A DNA stretch of 64,000 bases. Source: Nageia nagi (taxonomy: Eukaryota; Plantae; Pinophyta). Shown piece after piece: positions 12,801-25,000 of this stretch (its first letter is position 1; the number at the start of each line of letters is the position of its first letter). Below the pieces are notes generated by a model, which saw only the letters and a list, made by a program, of their open reading frames with translations, had not been told where the DNA came from and did not search any database. Position numbers and translations under genes: made by a program. The DNA is taken from positions 205,158,001 through 205,222,000 of the forward strand of contig JBITNC010000001.1 in assembly GCA_050084985.1 (NCBI GenBank). Direction: 5' to 3'.

Positions 12801-15266
12801 ATAAATTGCTTTGATCTAAAATTTGTACCAAGGAGTTTAAAGGATAATTATGTGGAAAAGGTGAGTGGAATACCTTTGTCCTTTCTTGGAATACCTCTCC
12901 TTTTGGAATAATATGAGTCAATAGGCATTTAAATAGTCAAATTATATCAAATACCACATCCTATAGGTTCATCATTGCTTTCTTCTTGGTATATTCTTAT
13001 TCCTCAATTTTCTTTTCTTTAGTTGCTATTAATTCAAGAACTTAATTAGTTTCTTCCATATGCTTCTAAATGGTAATGGTGTCTAGTGCTGAAAAGGTAT
13101 CTTATTCCTAAAACTATAGCTCATCAACCCATATTTGACCCTAATATTCTAATGAAGGTTTGGCTAGAGGATAAAGGGATAGAGTCTTGGAACTTTAACC
13201 ATTTGAGATCATCATATACCTTGAACTACAATTAATGAATATAATAATAGTTGCTAACCATGGTCAGCTTAGGATGAACAGATATCCACCATGATGTGCC
13301 TTTGTCTTTAGTATTAGAAAATCTATGGGGTAACTCCATGAGTCAATGGAAGTTTGCACATCTACTATGATACCTTTTGGCTTGGCCATAGACTAATCTA
13401 CCATTTGCAAAATAGTTGAAGTAGGATGGATATTGTAAAGTGCTAGTTTTTTTATCATGTCCATGGTTATTACATTAATTGCTTCCCCCAAGTTGACTAA
13501 AGCATTCTAAATTATTATGAGGGTAATGGAGATTATGATGACTAGAATTATTTGATATCCATATTTAGAAATAACCAATGTTATTGATAGTAACTCAACC
13601 ACCTTACCATCCACTTGGATGGTTTTGGGAAGAGCTTTCTTCCTACCTTCCAAATGTAAAGATCTTTGATAATATTGTTAAGCTCAAAAACTATTTTTAT
13701 TGCTTGTAACACAAGTATGATATGTGTAAGTTTCTAAGTGCCTTTAACAAGTCAAATTATTCCTCTTGAGATGGTGACTCTAATCTGTTAGGATATGGGA
13801 TGAATTTTATCTTGCTTTGGTCTTTAGTCAATTTTTCCTTCTCTTTATCTTTATCTAATAAGTCATTTTCAATTTTAGTGATAATAGGGGAGGTTGGCCT
13901 ATCCAATGTATTACTAAATATTAATTGAATGGTGCTAACTAATACAGTATCATCATGATCAACATGATAGGCATTTGAGGTATGGCTATTATTATTAGGT
14001 TTTGCAATAGATTGAGCTAGGAGAGAAGGTTATCTTGGTGGCTATTATTATTAAGTAGAATCTTGTTGCAAATGTCCTTACAATAATGGTTGATGTTGAT
14101 TGTTCTAAAATATCCTTTTCTAATTATTTTAAAAGTTTTTATGGTTATTCTATCTCTATTGGTCATTCTACCATGGTGCTCTCCACTACATAAATTGTGA
14201 CCAATCTTCATTTAGCATCCATGGCATAGGAAATGGTATGAATTAAACCATAGGTTGCTAATAAAAATTATTTTTTGTCCAATAAAATTCATGCTAACCA
14301 AATACATTTGAGCTATTAATAAGCAATTACATTCATCAATTAAATTATTTCAATTACATAAACTACAAATTTTAGTTTTATTGAGGGGACATTTATGCAG
14401 TGCATACTTTTTTTTTTGTACCTAGGAAAATATAATGTTGGTGACTCCTAAGACTTTGTTGTAGTCTTTGGTCCAGCTTTTATCCAATTCAACTCACATA
14501 ATATATTAGTTTTGAAATTAGTCAATTCTTCCATGAGTGCACTAACTGAACCAAAGTTCTATTATAATTTGAGTTTTCTAATTGGGGTCTTGGTACTTGA
14601 GTAGTTTTTGTATAAAGCTATGATCTCATATAAATTTAATTTATGCATATTTCCTCTTCTTATCAAGTTTAAGAAATCCAAATATGAATCCAATAATCCT
14701 CTTAAAAATATAAGTTTTGAGAATTCTAGATCAAGGGTTTTTCCACATATTTTATATGCAAACAAAAATCTATCAAGGTAATCTTTAAGGATTTTTGTCT
14801 CCTCTTGTTTAATGCAAAATAATTCATCTTTTATGTATCTAACCTTGTATTACTCTAAGAATCTCTCCATCTTAGGAAAAGTTGAAATAGAGTTAGGTGG
14901 AAGTCCCATGATGCATTTCATTTCATTATTATTTAGGATTGATGGAAACAATTTAAACTTTTGAGCTTTAGATTCATATTCATAAGTTCTACATAACACT
15001 TTAAACTCATATAAAAACTAATTAGAATATTCACTAAAAAATACTCTAAAATTTTTAAGGTTTGAGGGGGAAATATTTTCATTGGTACATCTACTTCAAG
15101 TGTGAGTATGATGGGGTATGTAAAGGTCTTGTGTGCATTCTATAGAACTACACCACTCGTGCCTCCTCTAGTTCTAGTTTTGTTCCTCGCTTCAACACTA
15201 GCACCTCTTTACTTGTTATTTTTGGGATGTAAAGCCCTATTTATTTGGCTAATTTACCTTTGGCAT
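9860..15266 (-). mobile_element. Decayed Athila-like (non-chromoviral) Gypsy gag-pol: gag-PR-RT-RH-INT
   Basis: gag ~15266-14400 (FLYEFKVLCRTY..KLFPSIL). PR ~13560-13250 (LVNLGEAINVI). RT ~12800-11650 (PRRINPTLKDI, MDYQALNKAT..DHYPLPFID, VYIDDF). RH ~11430-11070 (ASNNSIGVLLG..KNYTIME). INT ~10970-9870 (GYYWPSMHKD, LVNG). No aRH and no chromodomain seen. Confidence 0.9.
12180..12500 (+). mobile_element. LTR fragment inserted in the RT of the Athila-like element
   Basis: RT reads ...GFVYPIS up to ~12500 and resumes IVIVLKKNG at ~12180. The intervening DNA starts TATAGACACCTCAAAATG (TGTAGACACC-type LTR start) and has TATA-like motifs. Confidence 0.6.
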
Positions 15267-15439
15267 GATCAAAAAATTGGTAAAGAATATATTTAGTTTT
15301 CTTCTTTTCTTATGTCATTAAAAGGTCTTAGTCCCTGCACTTGAGAGACTCACCAATCTTTCTTATATGGGAGGATTTTGCTTTTCCAATTTTACTACTT
15401 GAAATCTTGGAAAACCTAGTACATTTTAATCTAAAGTCA

Positions 15440-17036
15440 CTTATTCCTATATGGCATCCATGGTTATTGGAGAGGATATATCTCTCAACCTCTAAGAATA
15501 CCTAATTATATTTCTTGTGCCTCAACGTTTGACTAGGATGGATTCTAGAAACACTTGTTGGCTACCTATCTAAGTATGTTATTTTAGGCCTACTAGCTTA
15601 GACCCACCATTAGTGATACTATTGCATTCTCTTGGAACCCCCTCTCTACTTTTGATCATCAAAGAAAAACTACTTTCATATGAAGCATAGAGGAGTACTA
15701 ATTGATGTATGACATCTAGTGGGCTCTCTTGAGGTTCACTAGTCAAAGGACTAGGAAATATCTTCTCCTTTTTGGGAGGTTCAATGAACTCCATATCCTA
15801 TGCAATTGGTATATGATATTCCTAAGAACTATCAACATTTTCTTCTTCTAGATCTAGTTCTATTCTATTTCTTTCTATTACTAGAACTTCATCACTTGAT
15901 ATGTCCTTCTCCAAAATAAGTTTTCTTTTTAATCTATTGCTCCTACTTGGTTCCTCCTTTTCAAGTAGACTAGAGATTGGCCTTTCTTCCATACTTTTCA
16001 ATTCTTTAACTTTGAATTTTAATTGACCCTTGTAATTACACATGAACTTACTTCTTTTGGAGGCTATAATCTTCTTTTATTTTGTGTTCTTAACATTCAT
16101 TCTTCCTCCTTTCATCCCCCATTTAGATCCAATTATCATGAAGGTATCAGTGCCTCTGCATACTCTTAGGATTTAGTTTGTGATGAATCTTCACTATCCA
16201 TTAGTTGTTGGGAATATCTAGTGGAAGCCTCCTTTTCCATCACTTTCTTCTTAGTGCTTTCCAAGCTTTTTCTACATTGTCAAATTAGATAGGGGCCTAT
16301 GCTGGGGACTTGTATCATTTATTTAACCTCTTGGTTATTATTGCCATATGTTCTACCCTTGTTTGATAATTTTCCTACTTTATTCATACCAATTTTGCAA
16401 ACTCTACCATAAATAATGAATTTTACCCTAGGAACTTTTCTAAGAGCCATAGCTAAAGCTCTTTCTACAACTAATTTGATGATAGTTCTATGCAAAGGTA
16501 AAGGAGCTCATTCTTGTTTAAACTTTTCAATTGAGATTGCTAAAGTATTGAATATAAAGAAGGGGAAGTTTACCTTATATATATCTTGAAATATGAAATG
16601 ATTCAGCAAGAAAAAATGTAAATTTAAGAAGTTTGTTCTCCCTTCCAGCATTACATATTTGATCAATACTAAAGCCATGTCATCCCAAGGTTTGGGGATT
16701 TATTCTCATACCACCCCTATATGATATTTCTCTTGATCTTTTAATGTTATCACTTTCATTTTTCAATTTACCCTCTTTTATAATATGTAGACCCTCATTT
16801 GGAATCATAGTAGCCTATGTCATTATATTAAGGCTAAACACAATCTCCCTTTCATTGACCTTACACCTACCATTCTCCCATGATTTTGGTACTTCTAGAA
16901 AAATCTCATCATCATGCCCTCTGCATGCATCAATAAACCTCTCTAACCTACCCTCACAAATTATATCCCATAATAATAAGTTACTCTTGATCTCATTCAG
17001 GGAAGATGAATCCACTCTTATCAGGTCACTCCCCAT
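15440..17036 (-). pseudogene. Accessory 'putative plant transposon protein'-like ORF with a charged low-complexity tail, upstream of gag
   Basis: MGSDLIRVD...WDIICEGRLERFIDACRGHDDEIF...SWENGRCKVNEREIVFSLNIMT*ATMIPNEG...WDDMALVLIKYVMLEGR...LLNHF...VNFPFF...PLHRTIIKLV. ORFs 15822..16043 and 15579..15794 form the tail. Clearly homologous to the 33344+ ORF. Confidence 0.75.
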
Positions 17037-17749
17037 CTCTATAGCTTTAAAACATTCTTGCTACACTTATACCTATGTTATATTATTTGAGACTCAATAC
17101 TAGATTCTTCCTCACCACCATCAAAAATTATGGCAACAAGTTCATCTCATCACTGGATGTGCTTCTCACACTTGATGGGAAAGTTAATGTAGGGTGGCTC
17201 ATGATAAGGATCATTGGGATTCCAACTTGGGGCCTTGAGATGAATCCAACTTCTTTGATAGAATTGATAGATCAAGGATATGGTGTATCTTCTAGGAAAG
17301 CTTGCTTTCCTTCAAGTCATACAAAAAGGATCAACATCAAACACCATTTGCTAAGATATGTAGGCACTTCATCTAATAATCTGGGCTTGATTTGAGAGAT
17401 TCAGCTAAAAAGGACTTGAGTTCTTTGGAATATATAAATATGACTAGGTGTATTGATTCTTTATGATGACTCATCAACCCTCAAGCTTGCTTCATCTTAG
17501 GAGGACAAATTTTGAAATAGCACCTTCGTGTTTAACCCATACTTTACCCTATATGGATCATGATTTTATTACATAAAGATTTAATAATAAAGAGTCTTTA
17601 AGAACTAGCTATTTTTAATTTGACTAATTGAAAAGTTTTTCCTATTGATTAGTCACATTTTCCTTCTTGGAATGGTATGATTCCATGTTCTAATTGAAAG
17701 GAGATGCATAACTCCTAGGGATGAATAAGAGGATCTATTAATGATCCAA

Positions 17750-18200
17750 CCAAAATTAACAAGCAATTGGGAGAGTAATATTAAATCTTTAAAAATTTTC
17801 TATAAGTGTTCCATAAGTTCCACCTAAACTAAACCCTAATTGGTCTGTTTTGAGTATAGTTGAAAAGGGAGTCTAATTATTTTTAAGCTTATACTACCAC
17901 CTAGTTTATAAAAATGGCAAGATGTATCCATGTATACTTATTAAGAAAGAATATTTTTGATCCTTTTTATTACTTGATTTTTTTATTGTACATGTATTAG
18001 ATCACTTGGATGTTAAAGCTATTCCCATCGAGTCCTATCTTTAGGACTAGGAAGATGAGTAATAAAGAGATATATAAATGTTTAGCTTATTGGATGAATT
18101 TTTCTAAATAATCTTCCATTTGGGAAGATATGCTTCTTATGAAAAATAATTTCTACATTATTTGAAATGATTATATAAACTTTAATGCACTATGTTATTA
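17750..18200 (+). pseudogene. 3' end of chromoviral (Tekay-like) pol: GPY/F region and chromodomain
   Basis: FKLILPPSL...LLRKNIFDP near 17880-17965, then RTRKMSNKEIYKCLAYWMNFSK*SSIWEDMLLMKNNF at ~18043-18155. Confidence 0.7.
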
Positions 18201-18236
18201 ATATTATTTGAGAATGTAGTGGACTGTGTTCATTTT

Positions 18237-18249
18237 AAGGGGGGTTGTA
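18237..18249 (+). promoter_or_regulatory. Polypurine tract
   Basis: AAGGGGGG-TTGTA immediately before TGTAATGACCC. Confidence 0.7.
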
Positions 18250-21012
18250 TGTAATGACCCACCCATTTATACTTACTATGACCTGATGTTGGATAGGCCA
18301 TCTGAGAAGCCCTTGTGCTATGTAGGTATTGTATTATTTAATATTTCATATTAATCTATCCAAAACCACATATTTTTATTAAGATCATTAAAAATACCCA
18401 TAAAATCAATTTTGGACCCTAGATTAACATTCCACTTCTGGAAACATCTCTTTTTGATCGAGTGTTGAAATATTGCCTCTTCTTTGGAATCCCCTACTTG
18501 GAGTTAATATTTAATAACAAATGGAGTAAATTGTTTACTTGCATGTGCATTATATATTTTGTAATATTAGTTGAAATAATAAAGTTTGTAAGGGTTAGCC
18601 ATAACTTTTCCTAGTACATTACCATTTTCCTAATGTCATCATAAATGGAAGGTAGCTATTATTTGAGTTAAGTCTCTTAGTTTTGCATGACTCCTAGAAT
18701 ACATTCACATGATAATTTTTGATATTTAATAATTTCAAATAGTTTATGATTTATGGTTTCATAACATTAACACTTTTGTTTTATACCATCACTTTAATTT
18801 GATAATTGTTATTTCCATTTGATTTCCAAGATTAATGAACTTTATAATTTAAATTAATCTATATTTTTATATAATAGGTTTAATTTAGAAATTTGTGAAT
18901 ATGTTTGGATTCTATGAAATTATATTGTTTTATAGAGTAATATTCCATAGTGTTTTATAAATTTTATTGAGATATTATAAATGATTTTTGAAGAAAAGTA
19001 TGGTAGTATACTTCAATTATGTAAAGATACATCGTTATTTGAAATTTTGTATACTTGGCGTTATGAAAAAAATGATGAAATATTTTAAATTAAAATGGCA
19101 TAAATATGAATGATATTTATTAAATTACCCCATGATCAAGGAAGACAGGTAGTCCTTAAGTGACACCCTGAACTTCTCAAGATCAGGAATAAAGCATTCA
19201 TTAAAATATTTGCCATTATCTAGTTAGAATTGCTTAGAAAGATTTAAATGTTTTAATTAATTATTTTAAGTGACCACACATATAGGGTTAGGATGCATAT
19301 TAGTAAATGAAAGGTTTATTTGATATTCATTATACTCATACCCAAATACTAGTACTCAAAACCTCAACCAAGTCTTGGTTCTCTTAGTTTGATGCATGTA
19401 TGTGGGAATGATAAGGTTTCGAAGACCATTAAGAAATCATGAAGTAAATTAATTATCTACTGTATATATAGAAAAACCTAGTGATGTATTTGAATATGGG
19501 GTTATTATGATTTGTAAATTTAACAAACCCTAATAAAGTCATAACAAGTATGGAAATTCAAGTATGAATAAATGAATTATATATTCATACATAGCCTTAT
19601 TGTATAATAATTTAATACCAAAATAATTTTATGTAATCCTTAACTCTTTTGTATAAAATCAAGAAGGCTACATTTGTATAGAAAACCTTAGTATTACTAG
19701 TATTCAAAAACATAATCAAGGATTAGAGTCATACTTATTATGATGTAATTATAGGATCTTGGTCTATTGAATAAATACGATAATGTTGAACTAGGTGTGA
19801 AACTAAGATGGGGGGTGAAAAATTGTATTAAAATTAATGTATAAAACTTAGAATACTTAAAATAATGTAGTGGAAAAATTGATACCAAACAAAGAAAGCA
19901 AATTAAGAGACAATCACACATCACCATATATAATGAGGTTCACCATTTAGGCTACATCCCTAGAAATGACTACTTGGAATTCCATCCAAATCTAGCCTTT
20001 TCAAAGCACTAACTTTACAAATTTTCACATCACCCACTATTGAGAGTAGCACCAACTAACCCAATATTTAGCAGTACCAACTATAAGGAGCACCAAACCC
20101 TATTTCAAAGCACCAACTTAGATAATATATAAATCTTTGGAAATAGTTTAAATTCTATAAATAAGACCCTGAGTGGTCTATATCACAACTTATTTTCCTA
20201 TAATAAACATGTTATTTTATGTTCTTCATGATATTCCAAAATTATATATCTTCAAATTTTGCACAAACTATAAAAAGGATGGGCTCCATCAAACATTGAG
20301 ATCTTGAGTTATAATTGAAACTATGAGACTCCCTTTTTATGCTATACTTTTATTTTCTTTCTCTAAAACATCTTGCATCTCAAACCTACACCATTCTTAA
20401 TATATATATTTTTCTAAGTGGCTCTTACACTTCTCTCAATGACTCTTCCTCTTTTCTCAATGACTCTTTCTCTTCTCTCAATTTCTAATTTCTCTTATCT
20501 AGCATTTTAGTGTTGAACATTGTAAGATGAAGGAAGATGTATCCATTCAAAATTTAGAGTGAGCTAGTACTAAAACATGGAAATGAGCTATATTCAACAC
20601 ATTGGAAAAGTCCTGGGGGTCATACATCCTTGATTTAGTGGACTCAAGTGTTCACCTCCTCTTACAATCTTTATTTTTCCTTAGCAAGTCTTGTTATAAT
20701 TTAGCAGGTATTATTGAAACTTGATATGCTATCTTTATTTGTCCTTAGTGGGTTTGTTACACCTAAAAAGGTATTGTTGAAACCTAAGATACTTATCAAA
20801 CTTATCACTCATTCATTTCTCCTAAAAAAATTGACATCATTAATCAAAACTAGCAAGGTTTGTTGAATATAGAGTTATGAACATCTCCCATCATGAAGCT
20901 CTATTAGAACCACCCATTGATTAAGCCATTTGGAGCTCATTGATGAAACTATCTAATACCCATTGATTTCTATCAAAAAAGTATGATGTCATCATTAGAT
21001 TTTCATGGATCC

Positions 21013-21215
21013 TACTTCACTTGAATCTTTTGACAACATCACATGATACATACTTCTCTTGACTCTTTTGATAACATTATCCACTGCATACTGCACTTAA
21101 CTCTTTTGATAATATCACCCACTATATACATCACTTAACTCTTTTGAAAATATCACCCGCTATATACTTCACTTAACTCTTTTTACAATATTACCCATTG
21201 TATACTTCACTTAAC
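21013..21215. repeat. 38-bp tandem repeat x5.3 (TACTTCACTTAACTCTTTTGATAATATCACCCACTATA)
   Basis: Units counted directly. Confidence 0.95.
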
Positions 21216-21230
21216 ACATATCTATGTACA

Positions 21231-21340
21231 ACAAGGCTTAGAAATAACACCCAAAAATAATACAAGGCCCAAAAACAATACTCAAAAATAATAAAAGGCT
21301 TGAAAACAATGTCCAAAAATAATACAAGGCCTAGAAACAA
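21231..21340. repeat. 31-bp tandem repeat x3.5 (ACAAGGCCTAGAAACAACACCCAAAAATAAT)
   Basis: Units counted directly. Confidence 0.9.
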
Positions 21341-21359
21341 ACATGGGTATCCTAAATTT

Positions 21360-21489
21360 TAATAGGGCCTAGACCAACTGCTCCAAAATCCATAATAGGA
21401 CCAAGATTGACTACTCCAAAATCTACGATAGAACCTAGACTGACTACTCCAAAATCCATAATAGGACCTGGACTAATAGCTTCAAAATT
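21360..21489. repeat. 33-bp tandem repeat x4 (TAATAGGACCTAGACTGACTACTCCAAAATCCA)
   Basis: Units counted directly. Confidence 0.9.
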
Positions 21490-23482
21490 GCACACAACTT
21501 TGTTATTACTCCAATAACTAATCCCATTATGGTTACAACAATGAAAACACCACTACACCATACTCAATAGATAATTCATCATTTGAATATTAAAGGCCTA
21601 TGCTTAAACATGAGTACAATAGTTTCAAATAATGAAATTTATATGATAACACACTTATATATCTAAGTGAAAAGGATAATAAGTTCAATAATAATCATAA
21701 TTGGAGCAATAATATCACTAGGTTAGAGGACTAATTCTTGACCTAATTAAGTTTGCTATAAATATGTATCAAGAGATAAGTTAGAACTCCTTATAGAGGC
21801 TAATAAAAATGAATCCAACTATAATACAAATTTGTTTCATACCTTATTAGAAATCTCTTTGTATCACTTAGGTTAGAGTGTCTAAGGATATGAACTTATA
21901 TTGGAGAGTTAGCAGCTAGTGTATTGTAGCATAAATAAAAGTAATTGGTTAGATACACATGCTTGAAAATATATGGTTTATGATGTGAACCCATAAAATT
22001 TTAAATACTAATAAATATTCAAAGGTTGAATATGATCCCTAATTGATATTTAGGGATATCTAGAAGATTTATATAACTAAAAATGTTTGAAAATATAGAT
22101 GGGAGTTATAACTTTCTAGAAAGTGATGTTGGTCTTGGTTAGTCATAAAATTTAAATGAGAAGACTTAACCAAGTGTGGTAATCATTTTATAAGCATACT
22201 AATGCATAAAATTGATCTAAATCCCAATTCAATTGCATGAAAACCATTGTTTAGATAATTGGTTTACAATGGCCATCAAAAAATGATGGTTCATTTTGTC
22301 TAAGGGAAAATAGAAAAAATATTGAAATGAGCATACAAAATGAAAAGAGAATTATAATATATAATATACCATGAGTGAGGATCACTCTATGTTGGACACC
22401 CTTACTAGAAGTATATGACTTAAAAGATTTGCAATACTTGTTATCACTCGATGACAAAGTTATACTTATAAAGCAAGATTCCTTTTGTCTAGTCATGTAT
22501 GTGGGACTATTGATTTTGGATACTATAGTGTTTATTCTATGATGGCTTCTTGAGTAAGCTACATTTTATGTTTCCTTCTTGTGTACACTTAAATTATTTA
22601 CTATTAATGATTAATTGATGTATCATATTACTTTGTAGAATATATTTGATTCAATGCATATCATATTTGATTTCTAAAATATATTTTTAGAAAGATGATT
22701 GAGTTTTAATTTGAGAGTTAAATCTACAAGCCTGATTATTAGCTTGTCACCCTAAAAGTTGGAGTTTTCTTTATAAAATTTTTAAATAAAATGATTAGAC
22801 AAAACAAAACACTTGAGGATATTATTGTCATAATATCCATGGCTCCCCAAGATATGGGAAAGGGGATGTTAAGAAACATGGTGGACCTAGCTAATAGATA
22901 TGGGTAGGCTAGTGTTCCATACCCCTAACAGGTTGTCAGATAGGGGTAGTAGTAAAAAAAAACTATAGTTATTAGGTGAGGGTAACTTGTCATATTTCTT
23001 ACAAGTAAGTATATAAGAATATGATGATTATTCCATAGCCAATGAAACTATACCTATTTCCTATGAAAGATTACTTTAGGATAATCTATATGTGCCTATG
23101 ATTTAGAGGGTTATTCATTTGGTAATGATTTATAAACTTATGGATGAGTGTTCTCTTGGGTGATATAGGCCCCAAGTAAAGAACCATAATGCCATGAATA
23201 GATTATCTATTGCATAGTTTATGTACAGAAATGGAGGGATCACCTATGTGACATATTTCAATGAGATGAGCATTGTGTAGTGAATATCAAAAAGTTTTGA
23301 TCAAGATTGGTTAATCTAGATTTAGCTAATATTTCCATGTTGGTACTAACTAACTAGTAATGTTGACATGGTCATGCAGATTGCATTTGTCTATTCCTAA
23401 ATTATTTGAGTGCTAAACATATATAAAAAATAGGAATAAATTTTAGGATTTTGGTAAAGTCAAGAATAGGTGGAGTGTTACA

Positions 23483-25000
23483 CTACTAAATGTTATTGAA
23501 GATAACATAATACAACACAATATACTCCTAGGTCACTTTTGGATCCATGAAATGCAGTGTATTTTTCCACATTACATGGTTACATTAAGTACACTTATTT
23601 TGGGTTGCTACATTATATACCAATTGATGATGATCCTTTTTCACATGGTAACTATATTTGGATGTCCATTGAAGGAGTCACTCTCCCATCAACACATATG
23701 ATACCAACTAAAATAACATAGGCACCATCCAAGATCTTAATTTAGTTAGCTTCACCTTACCCAATACAACATGAAAATGATGAAGGAATGGGTCTTGCAT
23801 CCTCATCGCCATATTATAAGAAATATGAAAGATGGTTAATAAATAACCCAATTGGTAATGTGAGTGCATCCTCCTCATCCTTAAAATAAGAAAGCACATC
23901 CTTTTCATCTCCTAAGAAAAATACATGATAACCAAATAATCTAGGAGAATGAAGGTCTTGGGAGGAATGCTCTCATCATTTAGATACCTTACATGCAACC
24001 ACCAAATATTGCAAAATTCATGAAAGTGATGAAGTGATCAACCAATCAATTACTAATGTTATAGAGGACCTAAAGAGTACAAAATATGAATGATTGATAG
24101 GGGACACAAATATGTATTATGTTCAAGTTTATTTCTTCAACCTAGGAATAAGGGAATATGTAATGAATGATGTAATTTTTAGCATCCCTTCAACACATGA
24201 AGTAGGTCGCCCTTATCTCACCTATGATAATTGGATATTTTGTTCCTTTTGAGGTTCCACCTAACCATAACTTATTTTTTTATGTAGGCACAAATATCCT
24301 AATCTGCATCTCATTTTTATCTACATACTCAAAATCATTTGTTATAAGTTTGGATTTCCTATCATCTAGAATGCAAAGTGTCATAGATCAATACTTTTCT
24401 ATATGGTGCTAGGGAGGTCATGGTCTATGTCAATATGATTAAGGTAATCACTATATAATTGAGATACCATATCACATTGCTAGTAATTGAAGGGTTCTTG
24501 ACTACAATGATCACCCCAATAGATTTTATCCATGTGAATTGATTGATATGGAAGAAGCACATGTTGAGTACAATGATGTGGTCATAATCCCATAATATGT
24601 AGTGAATCAAGAAAATGATGTAAATTCAATGATTTAGATCCCAACACACTTATTTGATGAAGTTTTACATGTAGAGAAATATTTTTAATATCAATCAAAT
24701 GACTTTGATGATGAAGATGAATTTTTGCTACTCTAGGAAATATATACTATGATCCCCTTAAATGGTCCATATTTCTTACGATGATCGAGATGATTCCCTA
24801 TAGTTAGGATGATAGGTCCAATATATGAGTATGAGGATGATTATATTCTACACAAGAGCTATATTTCCCCCAATTGATTTCATTGGATAACCACAAAATT
24901 CCCCTCTTGAGATTCATTTTTGAAAATGAGAGGCACTTACCTCCTCCCAAGGTGAGAGTGGCTTTGTTGGTGCCACAACCTAGGCCTATCCTACATATGC
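23483..25000 (+). mobile_element. Tat-type Gypsy fragment (protease C-terminus and PR-RT spacer), paralogous to 51490-53020
   Basis: Colinear similarity. For example, ATATTTGGATGTCCATTGAAGGAGTCACTCTCCCAT occurs at ~23654 and ~51674, and GAGGATGATTATAT..ACACAAGAGCTAT at ~24833 and ~52864. Confidence 0.8.

Larger units (their letters stand above)
19784..21516. mobile_element. Solo LTR containing three adjacent minisatellites
   Basis: TGTTGAAC...CTCCAATA degenerate inverted ends, an AACTAAGATGGGGGTGAA motif near the left end, and imperfect flanks GATAA/ACTAA. Partly similar to LTR 7327-8643. Confidence 0.55.
18250..23482 (+). mobile_element. Probable long 3' LTR of the chromovirus, containing a nested solo LTR
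   Basis: Starts TGTAATGACCC after the PPT. The candidate end GGAGTGTTACA at 23482 gives TGTAA/TTACA inverted ends, and Tat coding sequence starts abruptly after it. Confidence 0.5.

Noticed and set aside
17075-17395. 106-aa plus-strand ORF divergent from the accessory ORF
   Set aside because: No recognisable motif. It could be chance within a TE leader region.
19697-19927. Short hydrophobic F/I/L-rich ORFs (also 22251..22496, 34943..35182, 61318..61515, 63693..63929)
   Set aside because: These are expected by chance in T-rich LTR/UTR sequence and show no domain evidence.
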